From Candidatus Bathyarchaeia archaeon (lineage in GTDB: Archaea > Thermoproteota > Bathyarchaeia > Bathyarchaeales > Bathycorpusculaceae): DNA of 64,000 nt. The stretch covers positions 1 to 64,000 of the forward strand of contig JBEKBM010000007.1 in assembly GCA_050015395.1 (NCBI GenBank), read 5' to 3'. The notes below the pieces were generated by a model. It did not search any database and was not told the DNA's origin. It was given only the letters and a program-made list of their open reading frames with translations. Below, piece by piece: positions 41,880 through 50,891 of this stretch; position 1 is the first letter of the stretch; each line of letters begins with the position of its first letter. Made by a program: the position numbers and the translations under genes.

Positions 41880-42129
41880 ATTAAAGTCTATCGATTATGA
41901 AAGGGTTGTCAAAGCTCTCGTGTCAATCGGCTATGTTGTTAACAATCAGAAAGGCAGTCACATAGTCATGCGGCTTGCTGATAAGCAGAAATATATTTCG
42001 CTATTTGGCTGTAGGAAAAACGAGCCGATGGTGGTTATCCCTGCTCACAAACCGCTTGGAAAAGGAATGGTGCGCACAATTATCAGGGAAGTCGACCTCT
42101 CGGTTGATGAATTCAATAATCTTATTTGA
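41872..42129 (+). CDS. hicA: HicA family toxin
   Basis: 'L...GY....QKGSH', 'VIPAH..L.KG....II'. Confidence 0.88.
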   Translation: MSKLKSIDYERVVKALVSIGYVVNNQKGSHIVMRLADKQKYISLFGCRKNEPMVVIPAHKPLGKGMVRTIIREVDLSVDEFNNLI

Positions 42130-42761
42130 AAATACTAACGTTTTGATTTTCCCAACGGCTTTTTGTCCTTTAAGTTAATGATTTTTACAACCGCGATGGT
42201 GCTTGATTTCGATTAGTCCATTGACAAAATCGCTTTTTGAGGCTTTCTTGCATAGGCTAAAGTTGCTATTGGACTATGGAAATTACTATTGCGATGCTAA
42301 AGGCTAACGCGAACTCCAGCAATGAGGTTCGAGGTGAATAATTGGGTGGCAATGGGCTAGGCGCAAGCTAAGGCTCGCGTCATGTTGGCTTGGCTCAAAG
42401 AGGGCAAATACTGGGTAAACCTCGGAGAAAAAGCTGAAACAAGCACAAAAGGACGCCTACTTCAGCTTCTGCCAGATTGAAGACGCCGATTTGCGGAGAG
42501 ACACTGAAGAGACACTGAAGAAGATGACTTAGCCCTTGAGGTTTCGGAGGCAACATGTGTTTTGGTATCACTTTCAGGCTTAAATCAGCTCTTATGCGTA
42601 ATTCACATCTGTTTCAACACGTGATAACATATCAAAAAGAAAATCTTCAAAACCTTGTCGTTAATCGCAATTTTATGGTTGATTGTACATAGGGGCTTTT
42701 AAACATCCATACCGTCACGTTGGGAATGTTCATATTTGACTGGGATGCTGTTCTATCTACG

Positions 42762-42823
42762 GGGGATGATGTCGCCGTCCCAGTCTGATAGGGAAAGATG
42801 AAGAATTAAAGTTGACAGACCCC
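42762..42823 (+). ncRNA. C/D-box guide sRNA predicted to direct Gm2251 (23S P-loop)
   Basis: GGGG/CCCC stem; C ATGATGT; guide CGCCGTCCCAGT; D' CTGA; C' ATGAAGA; D variant CAGA; guide pairs with RCUGGGGCGG and N+5 falls on G2251. Confidence 0.75.
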
Positions 42824-42990
42824 AAACAATTTAGAATCTATTTGCCTGTATAATGAGCGGATGATGCCAAATTTTGATTGGGCATTTAAGTGGCAAAATG
42901 AGGGGGGAGGTATCTTTTTAGCTAAGAAAAATAATTCTAAAAAGAGAGCAAAACTTCTGATAAGCAAGCGCTGAGAATTGAAAGGGTTGG

Positions 42991-44451
42991 CTAATATTTT
43001 ATGATTAGAGTTGTGCCATTTTCGTTTTTTAATGCATAGATAACGGCTATTTGGTTGGGCAGGTTAGTTCCAGGAATGACTAGTGATGTTTGAGGCGTGA
43101 TGTATCCTGCTTGGTTTTGATTAAAGTTGGATGGCTCGTTTAGTTCGGCTGGATTGGATGGTGAAATAATTTGCGGGTTTGGGTTTTGCAAACTGTATAT
43201 TTGACCGCGCATTGGGTTAAAAGTCAGGTTAGAGCTAATTAATATTATGTGAGTGCCAATCGAATCAGTACTAACGCCTTTAACGTAGGCTGCGCCAGTT
43301 AGTACTATTTTAGGAGTGACGTATCCGGATTGGAGATTGACTAAGGCGTAAGTGGTAGTGACACCAGCTACGATTATTACGCATGTAAGCAAAATTGCAA
43401 CTATAAGTTTGTTGGGTTTGAGTCGTTTTGGTTTTGCCGTGGTTAGTTGGTTTATGTTTCTTAGCCGCAGGTTTATTTTCGGATGACCAGACAGTATTTG
43501 TGGTCTATGAATGATTGGTGATGATACTAAAAGGTTTGAGGTTATACGAATTAACCTGCCTTCTCCTGGTAGATTTTGTAGTGCCGCGGTAATTTTTGTT
43601 AATGCGTTTGCTAGGTTATCGGGTTTTTGTAGGAGTTTTGCTCCGTTCTCGTCTGCCAGCATTTCTCTTTCCCTTTGACTATTGAACAATGCAAAGTATG
43701 CCAGAGGGTTGAAGAATGACACAGCCGTTAAGGCGTTAGATAAGGTCTTAAAGAAGAAATCGTGGTTTTTGATGTGGGCAAGTTCATGGGACGCTACGGC
43801 CAATATTTCCTCTTTATCTAAAATATTTAGAAGCCCTATGGTGAAGACAAGTTTTGTTTTGCGGCCATTTCCCATCGTGAAAGCATTGGGTCTCAAATCT
43901 TCAACAAGTGCCACTTTTGGGGTTGGAATAGATAGTTTTTTGGAGATTTTAGCTATTTCTGTTTGAAGCCACTCATACTCGTTTGATCCGAGGTTGATTA
44001 CGTGTAAGAGCCTAGAGGCTATCCAATCACCCATCACAAATGTTGTGACAGCGTAAATCCCTCCTAATGCTAAGCCGGTTAAGCAGATAATTCCTGTTAT
44101 TGAAAGAATCTGATTTGTTGAAAGAGCCACGAGCGTGACCATTGTTTGCGATAAAGGCGGCTGTATTAGATGGAAGGGACTAAAAAGTATGGGCCCTTGA
44201 GGAACAGGGATGCTGAAGGAACCGATTAAATGGTAAGAGACCGCTTGCATCACAATTTTAGGCGGAAATGAAAGCATGACAAAGAGTGGCGCAACTATAG
44301 GGATTAGGTAAATCAGGCTTTTGGTTTTACTGCCCATGAATGGGCAACACTTTACGACTATTTTTATGCAAACAAACGATATGGCCAAAACTATAATGGA
44401 ATAGTAAAAGTAGGGTTGAAAGACCTGAACGAGAACGTCTTCAAAGTTCAC
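42991..44451 (-). CDS. BlaR1/M56 (M48-like) membrane zinc peptidase
   Basis: TM N-terminus; 'PNAFT', 'HELAH', 'REMLAD', 'HP....R'. Confidence 0.85.
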   Translation of the reverse strand: MNFEDVLVQVFQPYFYYSIIVLAISFVCIKIVVKCCPFMGSKTKSLIYLIPIVAPLFVMLSFPPKIVMQAVSYHLIGSFSIPVPQGPILFSPFHLIQPPLSQTMVTLVALSTNQILSITGIICLTGLALGGIYAVTTFVMGDWIASRLLHVINLGSNEYEWLQTEIAKISKKLSIPTPKVALVEDLRPNAFTMGNGRKTKLVFTIGLLNILDKEEILAVASHELAHIKNHDFFFKTLSNALTAVSFFNPLAYFALFNSQREREMLADENGAKLLQKPDNLANALTKITAALQNLPGEGRLIRITSNLLVSSPIIHRPQILSGHPKINLRLRNINQLTTAKPKRLKPNKLIVAILLTCVIIVAGVTTTYALVNLQSGYVTPKIVLTGAAYVKGVSTDSIGTHIILISSNLTFNPMRGQIYSLQNPNPQIISPSNPAELNEPSNFNQNQAGYITPQTSLVIPGTNLPNQIAVIYALKNENGTTLIIKY

Positions 44452-44478
44452 TTCAACCGCCTCTTCAGAGTTGCCTTA

Positions 44479-44928
44479 TTATTTTTTATTCCTTTTTATT
44501 TTATTGAGTTGTTCTTGCAACGCTTTGCGTTCTTTTTCGTCCATGTTGGTTTCTTCGATTAGGCAACTGGTTACAGCTTCGCCGAAATTTCCGATCAAGC
44601 TAGCGAGAACCTCACGGACGGCTGTTTTTTGGAAGTTTCTTTTTTCAAGTTTAGGCCAGTAGACATAGTAGAGTCCGCCTCTTCCCTTTTCTATTTTCCT
44701 TTCCAATAAGCTTTTGTCAAAGAGTCTGTCCATGGTGGACATGACGGTTGTGTAGGCTATTTTCTTGGTTTTGTTTAGGGCTGCGTGGGTTTCTCTGACT
44801 GTTATGGGTGTTTTTTTTGAAGCCCAAATTGCCTCCATAATGTTAGCCTCGAGTGGGCCTAGAAAGGCTTCTAATGCTTTGCCTTCTATGTTGTATTGTG
44901 AGAATCCTGGTTTTTTCTCTTCAGTCAT
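44479..44928 (-). CDS. BlaI/MecI/CopY family repressor
   Basis: 'LGPLEANIMEAIW', 'AYTTVMSTMDRL..K.LL.R'; start at ATG 44928. Confidence 0.9.
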   Translation of the reverse strand: MTEEKKPGFSQYNIEGKALEAFLGPLEANIMEAIWASKKTPITVRETHAALNKTKKIAYTTVMSTMDRLFDKSLLERKIEKGRGGLYYVYWPKLEKRNFQKTAVREVLASLIGNFGEAVTSCLIEETNMDEKERKALQEQLNKIKRNKK

Positions 44929-44943
44929 AGCTTGAGACCACAT

Positions 44944-44960
44944 TACTATCATCTCTAGTA
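44944..44960. promoter_or_regulatory. BlaI-type operator
   Basis: TACTAT-CATCT-CTAGTA. Confidence 0.65.
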
Positions 44961-45045
44961 GCTCTTTAATCTTTCGAAAACAAAACGCGTTGCTTTTTCC
45001 AACCTGCTTTCCAAAAAAGAAAAGGTGAGAAGCTTGCCATTTCTA

Positions 45046-46287
45046 TTAAGATGTTCCTGTGCTGGTAGGGGCAGGTCGTGTGCCTAGTACTATTGATATG
45101 TTCATGTTTTGATTGTTTCGTACAATTGTTAGACTAACAGTTTGTCCAGGCAGCGTGTACTCTTCCATGTATGTGGATAGGTCGTCCCCGTTTCTGATTC
45201 TTGTGCCATTAATAGCTGTTATGATGTCGCCGCCTGTGGTTATGGTGTTGCCGTCTATTGTGGCTTGTGTGGTGCCTGCTTTGAGACCGGCATTGGCTGC
45301 GGGCCCACCGCTTGTTACTTGCTGGATTAGAACGCCGTATGTGACACTTACTCCCATTTGATTCGCGATGTCATAAGACATGTCTACTGTGCTTATGCCC
45401 AGGTACGAGTATTGAGTGTACGTACCAGTCGTTGCTAAGTCTTGGATTTCTCTCAGTATAGTGTCTGAGGGTATGGCGAAGCCTAAGCCTTGCGAGTCGG
45501 TAACTATGGCTGTTGTTATGCCGATGACCTGGCCTTGGTAGTTAAGTAGGGGTCCGCCCGAGTTGCCTGGGTTAATGGCAGCGCTTGTTTGGATGATATC
45601 AGCTATGGCGTATCCGTTTGTAGTGTCTTCGGTGATTGTTCTGCCTAAGGCACTGATTATGCCTGTGGTCATCGACCCTGACAATCCATAGGGACTGCCA
45701 ATTGCTATAACTGGGTCTCCAACCTGTAGGCTTGATGAGCTGGTGACTGTTAGTGGGACTAGTTCGGATTGTGGTGCGTCAGTTGAAAGCACAGCTAGGT
45801 CTGAGTAGGGGTCTGAGCCTAGCACCTTGGCTGTGTAAGAATTTCCGTCTTGGAAGGTAACTGTAATGTTTACGCCACCGTCCACTACATGGTCGTTTGT
45901 GACTATGATGTCTTGACCGTTGAGGTCATAGGTAAATCCCGAACCTAGGACTTGTGAATAGACGGGCTGGTTGAACATGTCAGTTGCTGGTTGGAAGTCT
46001 TCGACGACTACTACTGACGGTTCCACCTGCAGGTATATCTGTGAAAGTGAAGCATTGTCAGGTAAAGTGGCGTCGGTTTGAGGGGTTGAGGCAGTTGAGC
46101 TTGTGCTTGATTGAGCTTGTTGGTTTGAGGCGGTTGGGGCTGGGTTTTGTTGATTGATGTTGGTGGAGTTGGTTGGGTGGCCTATGTAATATCCAGCTAT
46201 TCCGGCTGTTAGGGTTGCTACGATGAGTATGGTGGCTATGAAAATGGCAAGTTTGGTTTTTTTTGGCTTTTGGGTTGGGTTTTCCGT
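45046..46287 (-). CDS. htrA: membrane-anchored HtrA/DegP serine protease with PDZ domain (apparent ACG start)
   Basis: 'TNDHVV', 'DLAVL', 'GNSGGPL', PDZ; frame open upstream through a TM helix to ACG at 46287 after AGGAGA. Confidence 0.85.
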   Translation of the reverse strand, partial: TENPTQKPKKTKLAIFIATILIVATLTAGIAGYYIGHPTNSTNINQQNPAPTASNQQAQSSTSSTASTPQTDATLPDNASLSQIYLQVEPSVVVVEDFQPATDMFNQPVYSQVLGSGFTYDLNGQDIIVTNDHVVDGGVNITVTFQDGNSYTAKVLGSDPYSDLAVLSTDAPQSELVPLTVTSSSSLQVGDPVIAIGSPYGLSGSMTTGIISALGRTITEDTTNGYAIADIIQTSAAINPGNSGGPLLNYQGQVIGITTAIVTDSQGLGFAIPSDTILREIQDLATTGTYTQYSYLGISTVDMSYDIANQMGVSVTYGVLIQQVTSGGPAANAGLKAGTTQATIDGNTITTGGDIITAINGTRIRNGDDLSTYMEEYTLPGQTVSLTIVRNNQNMNISIVLGTRPAPTSTGTS

Positions 46288-46316
46288 TGGTTTTGTCTCC
46301 TTGCGAGTGTTTACGC

Positions 46317-46333
46317 TACTATCTTTGGTAGTA
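46317..46333. promoter_or_regulatory. BlaI-type operator upstream of htrA
   Basis: TACTAT-CTTTG-GTAGTA. Confidence 0.7.
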
Positions 46334-46460
46334 GCTTAGCGATATAAATGTTACTATTGTTAACGGCACTCACTTTTTTCCTCTATAAAGCACACACCAT
46401 CCAAACCTGCCAGTAAACAAAACGTAACCAAAAGTGCCGGGCGCTGATTTTGATAGCAGC

Positions 46461-46477
46461 TACTACCTTAAATAGTA
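46461..46477. promoter_or_regulatory. BlaI-type operator upstream of ArsR-like gene
   Basis: TACTAC-CTTAA-ATAGTA. Confidence 0.7.
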
Positions 46478-46522
46478 GCAACGTGTAATAGATAAACAAG
46501 AAAAAACGGGCAGGCAACCTAC

Positions 46523-46855
46523 ATGATAAACAACAATCGACCAATAAGACAATTACTAGGATGGCTAATCACAGGAACGAAAGGCGGCAAAACCCGAGCC
46601 CAAATAATCAAGGCCCTAAAAAAGAACCCGCAAAACTCAAACCAACTAGCCACACTCCTCAAAGTAAACTACAAAACAATTAGACACCACATCACAATTC
46701 TAGAAAAAAACAAATTAATCATCTCCGCTGGAGACCACTACTCTACTGCATACTTCCTCTCGGAATTAATGGAAGAAAACTATGTGCTATTCGAAGAAAT
46801 AACAAGCAAAATGAATAATACAAGGAAACGAGCAATCAGAGTAGCACAAAAATAA
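46523..46855 (+). CDS. archaeal ArsR-like wHTH regulator
   Basis: 'WLITGTKGG.TR..II..L...P.N.NQLA..L...YKTIRHH...L'. Confidence 0.85.
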   Translation: MINNNRPIRQLLGWLITGTKGGKTRAQIIKALKKNPQNSNQLATLLKVNYKTIRHHITILEKNKLIISAGDHYSTAYFLSELMEENYVLFEEITSKMNNTRKRAIRVAQK

Positions 46856-47386
46856 CGCTCAAACCTTACTTTTAACCTGACTCCTAATTTGTCGTAATCT
46901 TTAATAACAAAACAGTTCCACGCTAAACTGGAGAGGAAGAAAAACGCCGAACATTGAAATACGCTGCCCTAAATGTAGTTCTACAGCGGTAGAAAAAACC
47001 AAAAATCAAGAGTTTCATTGCAGCAGCTGTGGAGAAATATTTTATTTTGTTACCCCAAAATGCGGTTCCGCTGATCTTGAAAGATACAAACTTTAACAAA
47101 ATACACTGCTCTCATTAACTAAAACCTCATTAAAGGTAAGAAAACACCCAAATGTCTTCCTATGGTTTTTTTGTGCAGTTGTCAACCGTGTGCTTTGTTG
47201 CTTCCTCGACTTCAATCCGTTTCTTCGCTTTCTCGTAAGCCCACCCAGGTGGTTAGGACTGCTGTCATTTAGTTAGTGCTTCCCTTCGTTCAGCTAACTC
47301 CTTTAAGTTCTCGATAAGTTCTTCTTCTGAATCCTTGAGAAAGTTAATTTCCCGAAAAATACGTGCTTCATTTCTAAGATAGTTTG

Positions 47387-47464
47387 TGGTGGGCCGGACC
47401 GGATTCGGACCGGCGACCTTCTGCACGTCAAGCAGATGTCCTAACCAGGCTAGACGACCGGCCC
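47387..47464 (-). tRNA. tRNA-Val(GAC), CCA encoded, C at position 55
   Basis: GGGCCGGTCGTCTAGCCTGGTTAGGACATCTGC-TTGACGT-GCAGAAGGTCGCCGG-TCCGAAT-CCGGTCCGGCCCACCA cloverleaf. Confidence 0.93.
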
Positions 47465-47657
47465 ACGAGTGCTTACTTTTTTTATCGTCTTTTCCTATAT
47501 AGGCGCTTCGTCTTTTCCGCTGTAATGCAATATTCAAAATTGCCGCTTGTATTAATCTATTTCTTAATTGTGATAAAGGTAAAATATTTCTTTATTAAAT
47601 TGTCGATTATCGTGATAGATGTTTTAAGCTGCTTAATGCATATATGTAATAATTCAG

Positions 47658-48920
47658 GTGGAAAGGGCTATGGCAACCGATGAAGTGCTCTCTTTACTCG
47701 TTGATTTCATAAACAAAAACTCCGATGTTGCTGACATCCAATGGGATCGACGTATGAGTCCAAGGTTGCTTTTTAATCCGTACTCCGAAAGTTATGAAGA
47801 GCGGAAAACTATTGCTCACTACTTTTTACTGGCTGCATCTATACTTGATGATACAGTGGTAGGTTACCCTGAAAACGCTAGAATGCTACTATCATATCTC
47901 CATGAAGCTTTGGGCAACAGCCTTTTAGAAACTAAAAAAGCACATATTTTTGAAGAAGAAATCGTGAAATCTGATTTTTATTATGACTTGGGCCCAAACA
48001 AAAAAGCGGCATCAGAAATCATGGCCTCCGTCAACATATTTGTTAAAACTAACGCAGAAAAAAACTTGCTAAAATATGCTCAAAGATTTAGTAAGCCCAA
48101 GGATTTCGTTGAGGACATCGCACAAAACATCAAGGCAATTAGCGGACCACACGTAGATAAGGCGTGGATTTACATGCGGTGGATGGTGCGACCTCAACCT
48201 GACCTGCAAATCTACGACCATCTTTTACCAGAAGACCTCTACGTTCCATTGACCAAAGAAAACGCCAACGTAGCAACGAGCTTAGGTATAATAAACTCAG
48301 CTTCGCCATCACTATGGAGAGACGAAGACTCAGCAGCAATGGCGAGGCAAAAAATAACTGACTTTGCAAAACAGCTCTTTCCCAAAGACCCTGCAAAGGT
48401 TGATTATCCCTTCTTCCTTTTAGGCAGATGGCTTAGACAAAAAACACTAAACCGGTACACGTTGAAAACAGCACTTGATTTTCTTGACCGAATGCAAAAA
48501 ATAACTGGTCAGTCCCAAGCTTATTACCAAAAAATGAGCCGTTACAAAAGCGGATGGGAGAAAAAAACAGCTCTTACTCTTTTAAGGATGCACATTGCTT
48601 TTGGTTATGAAACGATTAGCTTCCCCTTGCCGAATAATGAGATTTACACGCCTGATTTTATTCTAGAAAAAACAGTTCAGGGGAGAAAAATAGTTCTTGA
48701 ACCCCACTTTGAAATGACTAAAAGGCAAGCTCGCAAATATGCACTATTCAAAAGAACCTACGGTCACCAGTTCCTCTTAATACTTCTGCTGAAAAATGAT
48801 TTAATTTCTATGTATCATCAACGAAAAATATTGACTGACGATGTATGCGATGATGTTTGGCCGATAGAATTTATTCATTTGTTGGCTGAGAAGATCAGAA
48901 GAGGCACCTACGGCGAATAA
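47658..48920 (+). CDS. DUF2400/HhH-glycosylase-like domain fused to T7 endonuclease I-like PD-(D/E)XK nuclease
   Basis: 'KAWIYMRWMVR..PDL', 'LYVPL', 'DPAKVDY.FF'; 'RYKSGWEKK', 'YTPDFIL', 'VLEPH'. Confidence 0.65.
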   Translation: MERAMATDEVLSLLVDFINKNSDVADIQWDRRMSPRLLFNPYSESYEERKTIAHYFLLAASILDDTVVGYPENARMLLSYLHEALGNSLLETKKAHIFEEEIVKSDFYYDLGPNKKAASEIMASVNIFVKTNAEKNLLKYAQRFSKPKDFVEDIAQNIKAISGPHVDKAWIYMRWMVRPQPDLQIYDHLLPEDLYVPLTKENANVATSLGIINSASPSLWRDEDSAAMARQKITDFAKQLFPKDPAKVDYPFFLLGRWLRQKTLNRYTLKTALDFLDRMQKITGQSQAYYQKMSRYKSGWEKKTALTLLRMHIAFGYETISFPLPNNEIYTPDFILEKTVQGRKIVLEPHFEMTKRQARKYALFKRTYGHQFLLILLLKNDLISMYHQRKILTDDVCDDVWPIEFIHLLAEKIRRGTYGE

Positions 48921-49109
48921 TCTCTTACATAATCATTCTTTTGTGCTTATTTAGCTCCTTGGGCTTATTCTAATTTAACGCTTAAATCACAACCCGCTCC
49001 CCCTCCCTACTATTTACACCCAACTTCAACAAGTAAAAAGCACCAAACCTTTCCCAGCTAAATTGAGCGCATTAATTAAGCAGCACAGCCTTGTATTGCT
49101 GGCGGCACA

Positions 49110-49472
49110 ATGGCGCAGGACAATTTCAAACCAGTAGTTGTCTGGCTTATTCTCAATGGAAAAGCAGAAGAAGCGCTCAGGCTGCTGGCGAAAAACTATA
49201 AAGTAAACGTTCCCAAACTAAAAGTAGGTTTACCAAAGGGACACAAAATTAAAGCGTTCGGCTGTTACACCTCTAAGAACGAAACCATTTCAGTTCTAAA
49301 CAGTGACGTGGTGGTTAATCCCTTTGTTATTCTGCACGAGTTTTATCATCACCTGCGCAGTAAAGCGGTGGATAAAATGCACAGGGGTACAGAGAAAAAC
49401 GCTGACAAATTTGCCATAGAATTTATCGAAGCCTACAAAACCTACGCGCTTAGGGGAGCAGTTACTCCTTAG
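49110..49472 (+). CDS. small zincin-like HEXXH protein; stop codon lies in attL
   Basis: 'VILHEFYHH', 'EKNADKFA'. Confidence 0.7.
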   Translation: MAQDNFKPVVVWLILNGKAEEALRLLAKNYKVNVPKLKVGLPKGHKIKAFGCYTSKNETISVLNSDVVVNPFVILHEFYHHLRSKAVDKMHRGTEKNADKFAIEFIEAYKTYALRGAVTP

Positions 49473-49500
49473 TAAGCCTAATTAAAAGACGGATATTTAA
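49462..49500. other. attL (core plus inner inverted arm)
   Basis: TTACTCCTTAGTAAGCCTAATTAAAAGACGGATATTTAA. Confidence 0.85.
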
Positions 49501-49559
49501 TTAACAGTTCCAGAAGTCTTAAATCTGCATAGCGTAGAATAGAAATGAGGTAAAAATGA

Positions 49560-49880
49560 ATGAGTGACCTTAATGTATCAGTAAATGTAGAAAAGGGAAA
49601 AATAAAAAAAGCCTTAGACTACGCAGAAGAATTGTATGTAGTATTATCAGAAATAAACACAGTTTTGTGTTCTAAGGAATTTGAAAAACAGTGTATAGAG
49701 CATGGAATATCCAAGAAATTTATTAAATTCACTCAAGACGCAAAACCTCTATTGGACAAATTTGAGAGTACGATTTCTGATTTATCTGAGGAAAAAATTA
49801 AAGAGTGGAAAGCTGAAAAAGAAGCATCCCAAGGCAATCAAGCGCCTCCCGGGAATGGGGCGGCTTTTCAGCCAGAATAA
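49560..49880 (+). CDS. hypothetical protein (element cargo)
   Basis: 106-aa helical ORF after GAGGT. Confidence 0.6.
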   Translation: MSDLNVSVNVEKGKIKKALDYAEELYVVLSEINTVLCSKEFEKQCIEHGISKKFIKFTQDAKPLLDKFESTISDLSEEKIKEWKAEKEASQGNQAPPGNGAAFQPE

Positions 49881-50170
49881 ATATGCTAATTGCCCTGAAG
49901 GAAACACAAACGCCGACAGAACCCGCAAACCCCGAGAAAAAGATAAAGATTCGCCTTAAAGCGCAAAATGAATGGAGGTATCTTACCCCAACAGAATATC
50001 ATCGAATAAAAGAACAGATGATAGAGCAGAGAAAACAACAAAAAAATAAGACAGTTAGATAAGGCTTTTTGCTAAAGTTGGTTATTTATTTACTCATATA
50101 GGTTAGAAGGTGGGTTACAGCTAACATACCAGCCTCACATTAAACAGTAAGACTAAGGAATGTTTAAGGC

Positions 50171-50485
50171 TCAAAAATGCTCTGGATACATTTTTGCGAT
50201 TGTTGGATGCGCCTTTTCAAACTCTCTAGTTGCATGGTACGCTTCAGCATATTCCTTTTGAATAGCTTTAAGCTCTGTAGCTAATGCAATGAGTTTATCA
50301 GGGTTTACGCTCATATCTGCTTTGAATATTCTATCAGGGTCACTTATATTATCAGAATACGTTTTTTTTAATGCCTCGCCGAAAGAACCGTTGAATTGAT
50401 CCCCCAAACCTTCCACTCTCTTATGAAGCTCAGATTCGCGTTTTCTTAGTTTAACAAGAGTTCCAATTAATTCTTCTTCACTCAT
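50171..50485 (-). CDS. hypothetical coiled-coil protein (element cargo)
   Basis: 104 aa with GAGGAG upstream. Confidence 0.6.
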   Translation of the reverse strand: MSEEELIGTLVKLRKRESELHKRVEGLGDQFNGSFGEALKKTYSDNISDPDRIFKADMSVNPDKLIALATELKAIQKEYAEAYHATREFEKAHPTIAKMYPEHF

Positions 50486-50575
50486 TAATTTCTCCTCTAT
50501 TCGTTTTATTATTCCCGAGAAGATTTAAGACTTATCATCTATTAAAACTCATAAAATCTTAAATGTTAAATAGGT

Positions 50576-50890
50576 CTATTGATCCGCTCCGCTCTGGATC
50601 AACGGGGTTTTCTCAAGCTCTGGAAGGTTCTTTTTGAACCGTAACTCTGGGTTATCCTCAAGCATTTTAATCTCGGGCCTATACTGTAAAAACTTGATGT
50701 GGTTGTCATAGTTCCGCAAATAATAGCCGTCGTGCATTGACCGCTGCATGGCTTTAGTTGAAATATGCCTAAGTGTGCTGCTTTGCCAATCTGCCGCTTC
50801 TTGCTGCCATAAATCCCCGAATAACGCAAAGATTTCTTCGTCTGTTTTGCTTCTTGCTTGCCAATATTTCGGCGTATCTGTTTCACTCAT
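50576..50890 (-). CDS. hypothetical protein downstream of terL
   Basis: ATG immediately after the terL stop. Confidence 0.6.
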   Translation of the reverse strand: MSETDTPKYWQARSKTDEEIFALFGDLWQQEAADWQSSTLRHISTKAMQRSMHDGYYLRNYDNHIKFLQYRPEIKMLEDNPELRFKKNLPELEKTPLIQSGADQ

Positions 50891-50891
50891 T

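Larger units (their letters stand above)
41434..42534. repeat. 175-bp direct repeats (41434-41608 and 42360-42534) flanking hicBA
   Basis: Near-identical from TGGCTTGGCTCAAAGAGGG to GATGACTTAGCC. Confidence 0.92.

Noticed and set aside
47265-47683. ORFs overlapping tRNA-Val (likewise 60496-60804 over tRNA-Ser)
   Set aside because: Translations through tRNA genes.
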